DNA from: an archaeon
GTDB lineage: Archaea; Nanobdellota; Nanobdellia; Woesearchaeales; UBA9642
Direction of reading: 5' to 3'
Assembly (NCBI GenBank): GCA_043806035.1
Contig: JAZDHK010000027.1
Location: forward strand, 1-39,882
Length of the DNA: 39,882 nucleotides
This document shows positions 1-8,766 of this stretch, piece by piece; position 1 is the stretch's first letter, and every line of letters starts with the position of its first letter. Both the position numbers and the translations under genes were made by a program. The notes under the pieces were generated by a model, which worked only from the letters and a program-made list of their open reading frames with translations, was not told the origin of the DNA and made no database searches.

Positions 1-181
1 CCTTTCTTGATCACGCCTGATATCTACACCTCGACAGAACGTGTGGATATGCCCGATCGGCAGCGAGATCAAAAAGGCCACACCTCCACCACAAAAGACA
101 GAGCGCTCAACCACCACACAACCCTACGGAGATACTGACAACTGCAAAACCTTTATAAATTCTTGAACCGTTGCTGCCCAC

Positions 182-655
182 ATGAAGTGGTTGGTGTTAA
201 TTTGTGTGCTGCTTATCATCCCTGTAGTGCATGCTGAAGGGACGAACAATACATTCCTGCTCTGGTTGTCTGTAGGATTGACGGTCATCATCTTCCTGAG
301 CTTCCTCGCATTCATCCTCCTTTCGGGGAAAGTCTATCATGCCATCACGCTCCCACAACTCATCGCCAAGTACGACATGAGCCATCCGGACAAGGCAAAT
401 TGCAGTATCACCACCTTCGTCAAAGAAGCCCACCTCAACCAGCACGGCTATGAGGACATACGTGCAGAACTGGTCAAGCTCGGCTGGGCCGCAGCAGACA
501 TCATGCAGGCATTCAAGGAAATACGCATAGATGACTACATCGCAGATGCCATGGAGAAAGGGGAGACGAAAACACAACTGCAAGAACAACTCCTCCAAGC
601 AGGATGGTCCAGCGACCAGGTCAAAGGTGCATTCGAACGCTGCCTACTCTTCTGA
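182..655 (+). CDS. Hypothetical membrane-anchored protein
   Basis: 157-aa ORF with signal-peptide-like N-terminus and one TM helix. TATA box TTTATAAA at 152-159 lies about 23 nt upstream of the ATG. Confidence 0.75.
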   Translation: MKWLVLICVLLIIPVVHAEGTNNTFLLWLSVGLTVIIFLSFLAFILLSGKVYHAITLPQLIAKYDMSHPDKANCSITTFVKEAHLNQHGYEDIRAELVKLGWAAADIMQAFKEIRIDDYIADAMEKGETKTQLQEQLLQAGWSSDQVKGAFERCLLF

Positions 656-664
656 CAAAATAGC

Positions 665-1096
665 TTATCTCTTTCTCTTTTTTGCAGGGGCTTTCCTCAT
701 GCGGCACAAGCATTTGCCGTCCCATACCGCCCACTTGCCCGCACCGTTCATCATGAGACTGATGAGGATTGCCAGCAGTGCAAGGTCAAGCTCGCCGCCA
801 AAGAAACCTCCCTTAGGCAGCTTCACTGCAAAGAATGCAACAATCATGATGACTGCCAAGAGTCCTGAGAAAATCCTCGTCCATAATCCAATGAGGATAG
901 CGACTGCAGCGACCACTTCAACAATAGCAACAAGATATGCGAAGAACGGCGCAAAACCGATGCTGCCAAAAAAGGCGATCGTTCCCTCCATACCCATGAG
1001 TTTTGTCAAGCCATGGTAGAAGAACAAAATAGCGATGATGAGCCGTAATGGTAAGGTAGCGTATGCTGAGCATTTGCACTCCATGCTGTCACCCAT
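665..1096 (-). CDS. DoxX family membrane protein
   Basis: LRLIIAILFFYHGLTKL, EVVAAVAILIGLWTR and GAGKWAVWD motifs; about 4 TM helices. Confidence 0.9.
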   Translation of the reverse strand: MGDSMECKCSAYATLPLRLIIAILFFYHGLTKLMGMEGTIAFFGSIGFAPFFAYLVAIVEVVAAVAILIGLWTRIFSGLLAVIMIVAFFAVKLPKGGFFGGELDLALLAILISLMMNGAGKWAVWDGKCLCRMRKAPAKKRKR

Positions 1097-1112
1097 CGAA
1101 CCGTCCTTTGCG

Positions 1113-2105
1113 TCATTTAAATAGTTTTCTTATTTCATTCAGTCGATGCAGGTAGAGCATGCGTCTCAACAAGAGGACGAACGTGCCGTGCAGGAAAAGG
1201 TTGTCTCTGCAGAGCAAAGCATCATCTCCCAGGAAAAGCAAGCTGCCTTTTGACGAGAAAGAGAATGCTCGCGAAGGCAACCCTCTCGATTTTTGCATGA
1301 TGTTCTCCGCAACCGCCTTCCCCATTGCTCTTGCTGTTTGCGCATTCTTGGGAAAGGACAAAGGACAGCAGTCTCCGCACACGAATATGTTCTCGTGCTC
1401 TGCAAACGACAGGTCGGGAAGCACATTTCCCTGCACTAACGGATGTGCGACAACGCCAGTCGCCCAGATGATACTATCTGCACGGAAGCCTCTCTGCTCA
1501 GTGAGCACCTTATTCTTCAACACCGCCTGTACGTTCTGCTTCAGAAGAATGGTGATGTTGTTGCGTTGTGCGGCACGGAGCACGTACGCTTTGGCCTTCT
1601 GCGAGAATCCAGGAAGGATGTCTGCGTTTCCCTGCAGAATCGTAATCTCTTGCACGTACTGTCGTAGCGTGAACGCGACCTCTATGCCCGTCGCCCCCGC
1701 TCCCACGATGACTGCGCTTTTTGCTGTCTTCGCCTGTTCCCGCAATTGCTCAGCATCAGCAAGCGTCTTGTAGGGCTGGCAGAATTCCGCGCCGCGCTCG
1801 GGCAAGCGAGGTGTTGCGCCCGTGCTCAGCACGAGATAATCATAATGGAGTGTCGTCTTGCCATCCTGCCTGTCTATCGTGATGATCCTTTCCTTCGTGT
1901 CAATATGCGTTGCCTTCCCTTGCACGACCGTTGTCTTTTTCGAGAAAGGAATGCACGGCTGCTTCTCGTTGAGCAGATAGTCCACGAGCAAGGGCGTGAA
2001 CGTGAAGCAGGGTGATGGCTCGACGATAGTCAGTGATACCTGTTTATGCAGGTGCAGCGCGGCGCTCAGCCCCGCAAATCCCCCTCCAAGAATGACGACG
2101 TGCAT
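1113..2105 (-). CDS. NAD(P)/FAD-dependent oxidoreductase, type-II NADH dehydrogenase-like
   Basis: GGGFAG FAD motif, YDYLVLSTGA, GAGATGIE NAD motif, IFVCGDC, PKNAQTA. Confidence 0.85.
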   Translation of the reverse strand: MHVVILGGGFAGLSAALHLHKQVSLTIVEPSPCFTFTPLLVDYLLNEKQPCIPFSKKTTVVQGKATHIDTKERIITIDRQDGKTTLHYDYLVLSTGATPRLPERGAEFCQPYKTLADAEQLREQAKTAKSAVIVGAGATGIEVAFTLRQYVQEITILQGNADILPGFSQKAKAYVLRAAQRNNITILLKQNVQAVLKNKVLTEQRGFRADSIIWATGVVAHPLVQGNVLPDLSFAEHENIFVCGDCCPLSFPKNAQTARAMGKAVAENIMQKSRGLPSRAFSFSSKGSLLFLGDDALLCRDNLFLHGTFVLLLRRMLYLHRLNEIRKLFK

Positions 2106-2106
2106 G

Positions 2107-3840
2107 CTACTGCGCCCGCTCTACCTCGTACAAGCCCATGAACACTTCTCCTGTCGGCGTCTGCATGACCTGTAGTTGTTGGAGGGGTAAGGTGATGTTC
2201 TTTGGCTGGATGAGCAGCATGGGGAAGAGCGGCACGTCAAGGTTTGCCGGGTCGAGACGTATCCTGACTGGCTGCGTCGTGATGCCGTTGTTGCGCAAGT
2301 ACTGCTCGTACTGCGGCGAGGTTGCCAGGCACACGTAGCCCGCATCGTTGTTCTCTGCGAACATGCTCCAGTACTGCATGCAGTTCTGCCGCGAGCTGAA
2401 CGCATAGTAGTCGTCGAAGAAGTACTTTACATCGTACTTGTCGAGCAGCCGCTGCTGTTCTTTGCTGTCATTGCCATACAGCAGCACTGCCGCTTCGGCC
2501 ATGCGTATATCAGCATCGACGAATGGGCTGGCATGTGTCCTTCTCATAATGACGATTTTCCTCCCTGTCGTGCCATGCAGTGCAAATCCCGTCTCGCCGT
2601 GCGAGGTGAGGAAGACATCGTAGGGGTTGGTGTTGTTGCGGATGAGCTCGAACATGGTGGCCATGGCCTGGTCTGTTGGCGAGTACTGCATGCCCACCTG
2701 TCCCCACTTGTCCTGTTTGAATGCGGAAATGGATCCGAGCGTCAGGAAAATGCTGAGGATGACGATGCCTCCTGCAACATAATAGTGCAGGTTCTTTTGC
2801 TTGATGAGGACGCTGGCGCAGCCTATGGCGTGAAATGCGTACAAGTAGCCGGCAAGCGTGATGAATATGGGAAAGCGATAGTAGCCGAACGACGTCCCCA
2901 AAAGCGGCTGCGTGATGATAGGATGAAGCACACCGATGATGCCCGTCAGCAGAACAAGATGTTCGAATGGTTTTTTCTTGAAGAACGCAAGTGCAAATCC
3001 GGCAAGGGCGAGCAGGGAAAGGATGGTGCGCGGGATGCTGCTAAAATTCAAGAACATGTTCGCAAGCTGGCCGAACACGTACACGATAACATTGCCGTTC
3101 ATCGTGTATTCCTGCCAGGGATTGAGCGAATGGTAGTGGTAGACGAACAACGGTGCCCACAGCCAGAGCATGCCGACGGCAATACCTATGCCTATAATGG
3201 GAAGAAAGTGCAACGCCTGCTTCTTCACCTCGAGGAATGCATGCTTCCTGTTAGCCCACACGTTAGCAACGAACATGAGTGTACAGAAGATTAGCCCGCC
3301 AATAAATGCAACGAGATGTTGGATGCAGGCAAGACCGAGCACCACGCCTGCAATGACTCGCTCGACAGGTTTTTTTGCGAAAAAGATCAGTATGATGACG
3401 AGCGGTGCCATGATGAAGCTCGCTATCCATGTCGGCAGAACGTAAATGGCGCCTTGGCTCACCCAGAGCATTGCGCAGGCTAAACTCAGCGTTCTGCTCA
3501 TGAACTTCTTGCAGAGCCAGTACAGCAGCAAGAACCCGCCTATGGTGAAGACGAGCGGAGCCAGAAGGATGAACACTTCCAGAAACGATAGTGGTGCAAT
3601 CCATGCCAGCAGTGCAATGACCATGTGCGTCAGCCAAGGATATGCCTCGTACTCACCCAGATAGTGAGCGTTCGTGAAGGGATTGCCCGAATCATGAATG
3701 TGCAAGGCATGCCCGTAATGGTAGTACGTATCTCCCCCATAGAGCGGGCCAGGGATTTGCTTGAGCTGCAGGAACAACGGAAGCCAGAGCAAGAAGAGCA
3801 GTACACTGATTGCCACGGCAGCTATAGTTTCCCAACGCAT
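2107..3840 (-). CDS. Polytopic membrane protein, GT-C fold glycosyltransferase-like
   Basis: GGDTYYH in the first external loop, about 11-12 TM segments, soluble C-terminal domain with LLDKYDVKY. Confidence 0.65.
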   Translation of the reverse strand: MRWETIAAVAISVLLFLLWLPLFLQLKQIPGPLYGGDTYYHYGHALHIHDSGNPFTNAHYLGEYEAYPWLTHMVIALLAWIAPLSFLEVFILLAPLVFTIGGFLLLYWLCKKFMSRTLSLACAMLWVSQGAIYVLPTWIASFIMAPLVIILIFFAKKPVERVIAGVVLGLACIQHLVAFIGGLIFCTLMFVANVWANRKHAFLEVKKQALHFLPIIGIGIAVGMLWLWAPLFVYHYHSLNPWQEYTMNGNVIVYVFGQLANMFLNFSSIPRTILSLLALAGFALAFFKKKPFEHLVLLTGIIGVLHPIITQPLLGTSFGYYRFPIFITLAGYLYAFHAIGCASVLIKQKNLHYYVAGGIVILSIFLTLGSISAFKQDKWGQVGMQYSPTDQAMATMFELIRNNTNPYDVFLTSHGETGFALHGTTGRKIVIMRRTHASPFVDADIRMAEAAVLLYGNDSKEQQRLLDKYDVKYFFDDYYAFSSRQNCMQYWSMFAENNDAGYVCLATSPQYEQYLRNNGITTQPVRIRLDPANLDVPLFPMLLIQPKNITLPLQQLQVMQTPTGEVFMGLYEVERAQ

Positions 3841-4031
3841 GCCCTTTCAGAAGGTGCACGATTTAAAAAGTTTGTCAAGCCCGCGCACACCGCGAAGGAC
3901 ACATCTTAGCATGAGAAAAGCAGTTGACGTAGTTATCACGTTTTTTTGAACGTTCTCGAGCCCGGCATGTAAACTACTCCACCCCCACCCACCATCATTA
4001 ACTATTTAAATGTGGTAACACTTCTCTTTTC

Positions 4032-5744
4032 ATGGATACCCTGCAAGAACTCGTGCAATCACTCGAAAAAAAGCCAGGAGTCGCACTTTCGTGGAAAGAC
4101 GGCCAGCTCTCGTATGCTGAGCTTTACGGCAAGATTACCGCATTCTCCAAAGGATTGCATGTCCTTGGTCTCGAACCAGGAGATACCATAGCAGTATTCT
4201 CAAAAAACCTCCCCGAATGGATACTCGTGAGTTTAGGCATAAACAATGCAGGCATGGTCGATGTGCCCAGAGGAGAGGACAACAGCCCTGAAGATCTAGC
4301 ATACATCATCGAGCACAGCGAATCAAAACTGGTCATCGTCGATGATGAATCCACCCTGAAAAAAGTCACGGGCAAAATTGGTCAGGACAAGATATATTCC
4401 ATAAAACCAATCGCCGGAGCAAAAAACATCGCAGACATCATAGCTGAGGGAATGAACACAGAAATTCCGCTTCCTAGCGTTTCGCCTGATCAAACAGCCA
4501 GCATCATCTACACGTCAGGAACGACGGGAAATCCGAAAGGTGTCGAACTCACGCACAGGAATTTTGCGAGCAACATGGACGCGGTGCTTGCACGGCTTGC
4601 CATAACAAGTGAGGATAAGAACATGTCCATTCTCCCTGCCTGGCACACGTTCGAGCGCATTGCCAAGTATGTCTTCCTCGCGATTGGCAGCGAATCCTAC
4701 TACACCACGCAACGATCTCTCATGAAGGACTTGCAGACGCAGAAACCAACCGTCATGGCGAGCGTGCCAAGAATATGGGAATCCGTGTATAGCATGATCC
4801 TGAAAAACATCAGAGAAAAAAGCCCCGAAGGCAGCTTCATGGACAAACTATTCACGAGAGCAGTGGCATACGGCAATCACAAAACACCGCTCAATTGGGC
4901 AGCCTACCAACTCTGTAATATATTCATCTTCTCCAAAGTCAGAAAGCAGCTCGGAGGAAACTTCAGGTTCGCCGTCTCAGGTGGCAGTGGACTGCCACAA
5001 CACATTGATGACTTTTACCGAGCAGCAGAAATCAAGATATTAGAAGGGTATGGCATGACCGAAACCAGCCCCGTACTCTCTGTCCGCTCATTTTATGCAG
5101 ATGAAAAGCACAGTGTGGGAAAACCACTCGAGAATCTGGACATAAAGATATCTGAAGACGGCGTGCTCTTCGTCAAAGGACCAAGCATCATGAAAGGCTA
5201 TTTCAAAAATCCTGAGGCAACAAAAGAAGTGCTCAGCACTGATGGTTGGTTGTGCACGGGAGATCTCGCGCACATGAATGACCAAGGCTGTCTCGTCATA
5301 ACGGGAAGAGCCAAGGATCTCATAAAATTATCAAACGGAGAATACGTGAATCCCGCAGGGATAGAGCTGGCACTCAAAAACAGCCCGTATATAGACGCCG
5401 TTGTCGTCGTCGGCCAAGACGCCAAGCATCTCGGAGCCCTTATCGTGCCCAACCTTGACCTGCTGGAACTGTACTGCAAAAACCAAGGCATAGCCTTCTC
5501 GAGGAATCCCACAGCATTCAAGGAATACGTACTGCCGCACAAGACCATCAAAGCACTCTTCACCGCAGAGATCAAGAAATATAATGCTACCGCAGGATTC
5601 AAAAACTACGAAATCATCAACGACTACCTCCTGCTGCCAACACCGTTCACCGTCGGCAAGGAATTAACTGCAAGCCTCAAGGTCAAGCGACGTGCCGTTG
5701 AGCAAGTGTACCAGAGAGAAATACAAGCATTGCTCGGGAAGTAG
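4032..5744 (+). CDS. Long-chain fatty acid-CoA ligase (AMP-binding, FadD/ACSL type)
   Basis: IIYTSGTTGNPKG, EGYGMTETSP, DGWLCTGD, TGRAKDLIKLSNGEYVNP, ELTASLKVKRR. Confidence 0.9.
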   Translation: MDTLQELVQSLEKKPGVALSWKDGQLSYAELYGKITAFSKGLHVLGLEPGDTIAVFSKNLPEWILVSLGINNAGMVDVPRGEDNSPEDLAYIIEHSESKLVIVDDESTLKKVTGKIGQDKIYSIKPIAGAKNIADIIAEGMNTEIPLPSVSPDQTASIIYTSGTTGNPKGVELTHRNFASNMDAVLARLAITSEDKNMSILPAWHTFERIAKYVFLAIGSESYYTTQRSLMKDLQTQKPTVMASVPRIWESVYSMILKNIREKSPEGSFMDKLFTRAVAYGNHKTPLNWAAYQLCNIFIFSKVRKQLGGNFRFAVSGGSGLPQHIDDFYRAAEIKILEGYGMTETSPVLSVRSFYADEKHSVGKPLENLDIKISEDGVLFVKGPSIMKGYFKNPEATKEVLSTDGWLCTGDLAHMNDQGCLVITGRAKDLIKLSNGEYVNPAGIELALKNSPYIDAVVVVGQDAKHLGALIVPNLDLLELYCKNQGIAFSRNPTAFKEYVLPHKTIKALFTAEIKKYNATAGFKNYEIINDYLLLPTPFTVGKELTASLKVKRRAVEQVYQREIQALLGK

Positions 5745-5920
5745 TTCTGAAACGTGCTGCCCTCTTCTGTTCGAAGTCTTTGACGAGTATCAGTTTTGCG
5801 AAACGGGAATGCTCCCGTGTTTTCTTAGCAAGATGTTCAGATATCCACACAATATATTTGTTACTGATTAGTGGTTACAAAAACGAAACATTTATAAACC
5901 AAAAGACCTTACTACGTTAA

Positions 5921-7150
5921 ATGGGCTATACACTATTCACAACCTCGGCCTGCGCCAATGACTGTAAAATATGTGCGGCTAAGGATATCCCCGGACTTAA
6001 AATCGCAAATATAGGAAGGAATGCAAAAGAACAGAAGGGACTGGAGAACTTCCTGAAGAGCATGGAATACGCTGAGGGCGTTTGGGAGGAACTTGGTCTT
6101 ACGAGTGCAGATCCTCTCCAGAATCTTCCTCTTATGGAACTTGTTGATACGTATTATGGCGGGCGGAAACGCATAGTGATTAACCCTATAAGTTTTCTGA
6201 CGTTTGAATTGAAAAAACCTGCATCGAAAATAACTGCTGATGATACTGCTGCATTATATGAACGTGTACGAGAAAACGGATTATCATCGGCAACTGAAAA
6301 ACGGCTGAACTATTTATCCAGCTATGCACAAATTTGTATTAGTGACGGAAATCTTCAGTCGCCATCCGTAGAGGTTATGGAATTTGCAAAGAAATTCTTT
6401 GATGATTTTATACGTCCAAAAATTGCTAATGTACCGATTGAAAGTAATACTCTTAATGGAACATTCGATGGAGATACCCTGAAAAAGACAGAGAGAGGAT
6501 TGGCGTGTGTCGGAAATGTACGGACGTTGGCGGAAAAGGGAGAATATCCTAGTGATCTGCTGGCAATTGCGCAATCACGTCGAGAAATAAGGGAGTGCAC
6601 TTCCGGTTTCTCAGAGACAGTATATTTTCAAAGAGAGGATGGTGAGACATATTTGTTCTACAGCATGTGTTGTGCTGCGGGTTCTACACCGTACACGGCA
6701 ACGAGGAGCGCATTAAGCCTGGAAAAGATGTCTTGTATGGAACCTTCTGTAATAAGAGAGACCATGGAGCACGAGCTTGACTCGAGGAAGCAAGGGGCAT
6801 TGTGCGGCATTCTTAACAATGTCAGATTCGATGACGCACAACACCCGCCTGCTAGCGATGTCGACTGGTGGGATCGGAAGATTCCGTTCCATCTCTATAC
6901 GCAAGCAGCCGAGGAGCTCATACAAGACAAGACGGGTAAATCGGTAAGCATCCTGGAGAACACATTCACGTTTAATGCACATAAGGCGTGCAGTTCATGT
7001 GAAGCATGTTATACGGTGGGATTGCTGCTACATCGTGCGGGAATCAAGCCAACTGAATGGCAGGCGTATCTTGAAACCAAGTTTCCAAAATCAGATTACC
7101 GACACATGACTGTCACCAGCGATTCCGGGACGAGAATAGTTTTATACTAG
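5921..7150 (+). CDS. Hypothetical Cys-rich protein, possible Fe-S/metal binding
   Basis: 409-aa ORF with TATA box upstream (TTTATAAA near 5891). Contains CxxxCxxC, CC and CxxCxxC motifs; family not recognised. Confidence 0.75.
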   Translation: MGYTLFTTSACANDCKICAAKDIPGLKIANIGRNAKEQKGLENFLKSMEYAEGVWEELGLTSADPLQNLPLMELVDTYYGGRKRIVINPISFLTFELKKPASKITADDTAALYERVRENGLSSATEKRLNYLSSYAQICISDGNLQSPSVEVMEFAKKFFDDFIRPKIANVPIESNTLNGTFDGDTLKKTERGLACVGNVRTLAEKGEYPSDLLAIAQSRREIRECTSGFSETVYFQREDGETYLFYSMCCAAGSTPYTATRSALSLEKMSCMEPSVIRETMEHELDSRKQGALCGILNNVRFDDAQHPPASDVDWWDRKIPFHLYTQAAEELIQDKTGKSVSILENTFTFNAHKACSSCEACYTVGLLLHRAGIKPTEWQAYLETKFPKSDYRHMTVTSDSGTRIVLY

Positions 7151-7430
7151 ATCTTGAGAATTTCATAAAGCACCCTGTCAGCGTTACTAACTTTCTTGAA
7201 CCAAAGCCATTTAATCTGACACCGCAATGGCATTTCCAAGTTTAAAGCCTTAACAAAACCGCCATCGTGTGTCCTAGTTTGTTTTAAGGTCACGGTGTGT
7301 TGGCACCTATACCCCTACGTTTTTATCGACGATATCTTTTCACTACTTCACACGTGGGTGCGGGGCAGTTAATCATTTTTTTAGAAATTACCCTGTACCT
7401 ACTGATTTTTATGGAAACATTTAAATACTA

Positions 7431-7452
7431 GTTATGAATATATATTCATAAC
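7431..7452. promoter_or_regulatory. Palindromic operator (ATGAAT-N4-ATTCAT) just downstream of TATA box
   Basis: Perfect 22-bp palindrome GTTATGAATATATATTCATAAC, starting 3 nt after TTTAAATA (7420-7427). Confidence 0.75.
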
Positions 7453-7475
7453 AAACAGATTGGAGGTGAAAAAAC

Positions 7476-7706
7476 ATGCCAAACATGGACGGAACGGGAC
7501 CAAGAGGTCTCGGCTCGATTAGCGGCAGAGGACTAGGTCCCTGCGGCTGTGGGCAAAAGCGAGGATTCGGCAGAGGATTTGGAAACAGAACTCAGCAAAT
7601 AATGAATCTGAGCAAAGAGGAGCAGAAGAAAATCCTCGAAGCCCAGCTTAAAGATATGGCTAGCCAAAAGCAGGCAATCGAAAGCAGGATTAACGAGCTG
7701 AACTAA
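7476..7706 (+). CDS. DUF5320 family protein
   Basis: MPNMDGTGPRGLGSISGRGLGPCG, GRGFG repeats and C-terminal coiled coil; GGAGGTG RBS. Confidence 0.9.
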   Translation: MPNMDGTGPRGLGSISGRGLGPCGCGQKRGFGRGFGNRTQQIMNLSKEEQKKILEAQLKDMASQKQAIESRINELN

Positions 7707-7745
7707 ATTATTTTTTTCTTTCTGTAGAAAGTTTTAAAAAGAGTA

Positions 7746-7761
7746 ATGAATAAGAATTCAT
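7746..7761. promoter_or_regulatory. Second copy of the ATGAAT-N4-ATTCAT operator
   Basis: ATGAAT-AAGA-ATTCAT between TATA-like TTTTAAAA (7732-7739) and the DUF134 start codon. Confidence 0.65.
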
Positions 7762-7764
7762 AAT

Positions 7765-8118
7765 ATGTCAAGACCAAGACTTTGCAGAAGAATCTCTGGA
7801 GAACCAGATATCGTGTATTTTAAGCCAGCAGGCGTTTCTATTGTCGATTTAGTGGAATCAGTGCTATCTATTGACGAGTATGAAGCAATACATCTAAAGG
7901 ACCTCGATGGAAAAGAGCAGGAAGAATGCGCTGCACTGATGGGCATATCGCAGCCAACATTTCATAGGCTTATTTTATCGGCAAGACAGAAAGTCGCAGA
8001 CGCCATTGTAAATGGCAAAGCCATAAAGATAGAGGGAGGAAATACGAAGATACAGAAGAGACTGCACAGAGGCTGTTGTAGACGAGGAGCACAGTGGAGT
8101 GGAGGCAAGATAAAATGA
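7765..8118 (+). CDS. DUF134 family predicted DNA-binding protein
   Basis: MSRPRLCRRI, YFKPAG, EYEAIHLKD, QEECAALMGISQPTFHRLILSARQKVADAIVNGKAIKIEGG. Confidence 0.92.
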   Translation: MSRPRLCRRISGEPDIVYFKPAGVSIVDLVESVLSIDEYEAIHLKDLDGKEQEECAALMGISQPTFHRLILSARQKVADAIVNGKAIKIEGGNTKIQKRLHRGCCRRGAQWSGGKIK

Positions 8119-8399
8119 TGTCAAACATACCCATCAAGTTGGACAAAGTAAGTAAAGAACAAATCGATGCAGAAATTTTACGGGCAGGAATGATTGCAGA
8201 ATTGGACGCTATTACTATGTACGAACAAATGGCAGCGCTTGCCAACGATGCCAACATAAAGAAAATGTTGTTAGACATCGCTAAAGAGGAGAAAACGCAT
8301 CTTGGTGAATTCCAGGCACTTCTTCTTAATCGAGATAAGGAACAGGTAGAAGAACTTGAGAAAGGAAAGGAAGAAGTGAAAGAAGAAGTTGGCGAATGA
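8115..8399 (+). CDS. Small ferritin-like/rubrerythrin-family protein
   Basis: ELDAITMYEQ...IAKEEKTHLGEF di-iron pattern. ATG overlaps the DUF134 stop (ATGA). Confidence 0.88.
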   Translation: MMSNIPIKLDKVSKEQIDAEILRAGMIAELDAITMYEQMAALANDANIKKMLLDIAKEEKTHLGEFQALLLNRDKEQVEELEKGKEEVKEEVGE

Positions 8400-8400
8400 T

Positions 8401-8748
8401 ATGAAAATAGCAATAGCAAGTGATGACAGAAACACAATATCCCCTCATTTCGGAAGAGCGTTGGGATTCGTGGTATTTGATATAGATCGTAGCAAGGTTC
8501 TGGGAGAAGAATACCGGCGGAACGTTGGTAAAAATAAAGGAGCATGTGGCACCTGCGACCATCAAGCCATGATACGTACTGTGAAAGACTGCGAACAGGT
8601 CATCTGCCAGGGAATGGGACAAAGCATATTCGATGATTTGCTGCGAAACAGCATTACTGCAGTAGTTACCGATGAGCGGACGGTAAAGGGTGCGCTAAAC
8701 AAATTTATGCGTGGCGGCCTAAGAAATCGACTTGATAAACTGCACTGA
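8401..8748 (+). CDS. NifB/NifX family Fe-Mo cluster-binding protein
   Basis: MKIAIASDD, ISPHFGRA, VICQGMG. Confidence 0.88.
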   Translation: MKIAIASDDRNTISPHFGRALGFVVFDIDRSKVLGEEYRRNVGKNKGACGTCDHQAMIRTVKDCEQVICQGMGQSIFDDLLRNSITAVVTDERTVKGALNKFMRGGLRNRLDKLH

Positions 8749-8766
8749 TGCAAGAGGTTGAAGGTA

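Noticed and set aside
1-138. Open frame ending at TGA 136-138
   Set aside because: It could be the 3' end of an upstream gene but is too short and featureless to call.
5921-7150. Radical SAM enzyme call
   Set aside because: Only the CxxxCxxC spacing matches; no GGEP-like or other barrel motifs were recognisable.
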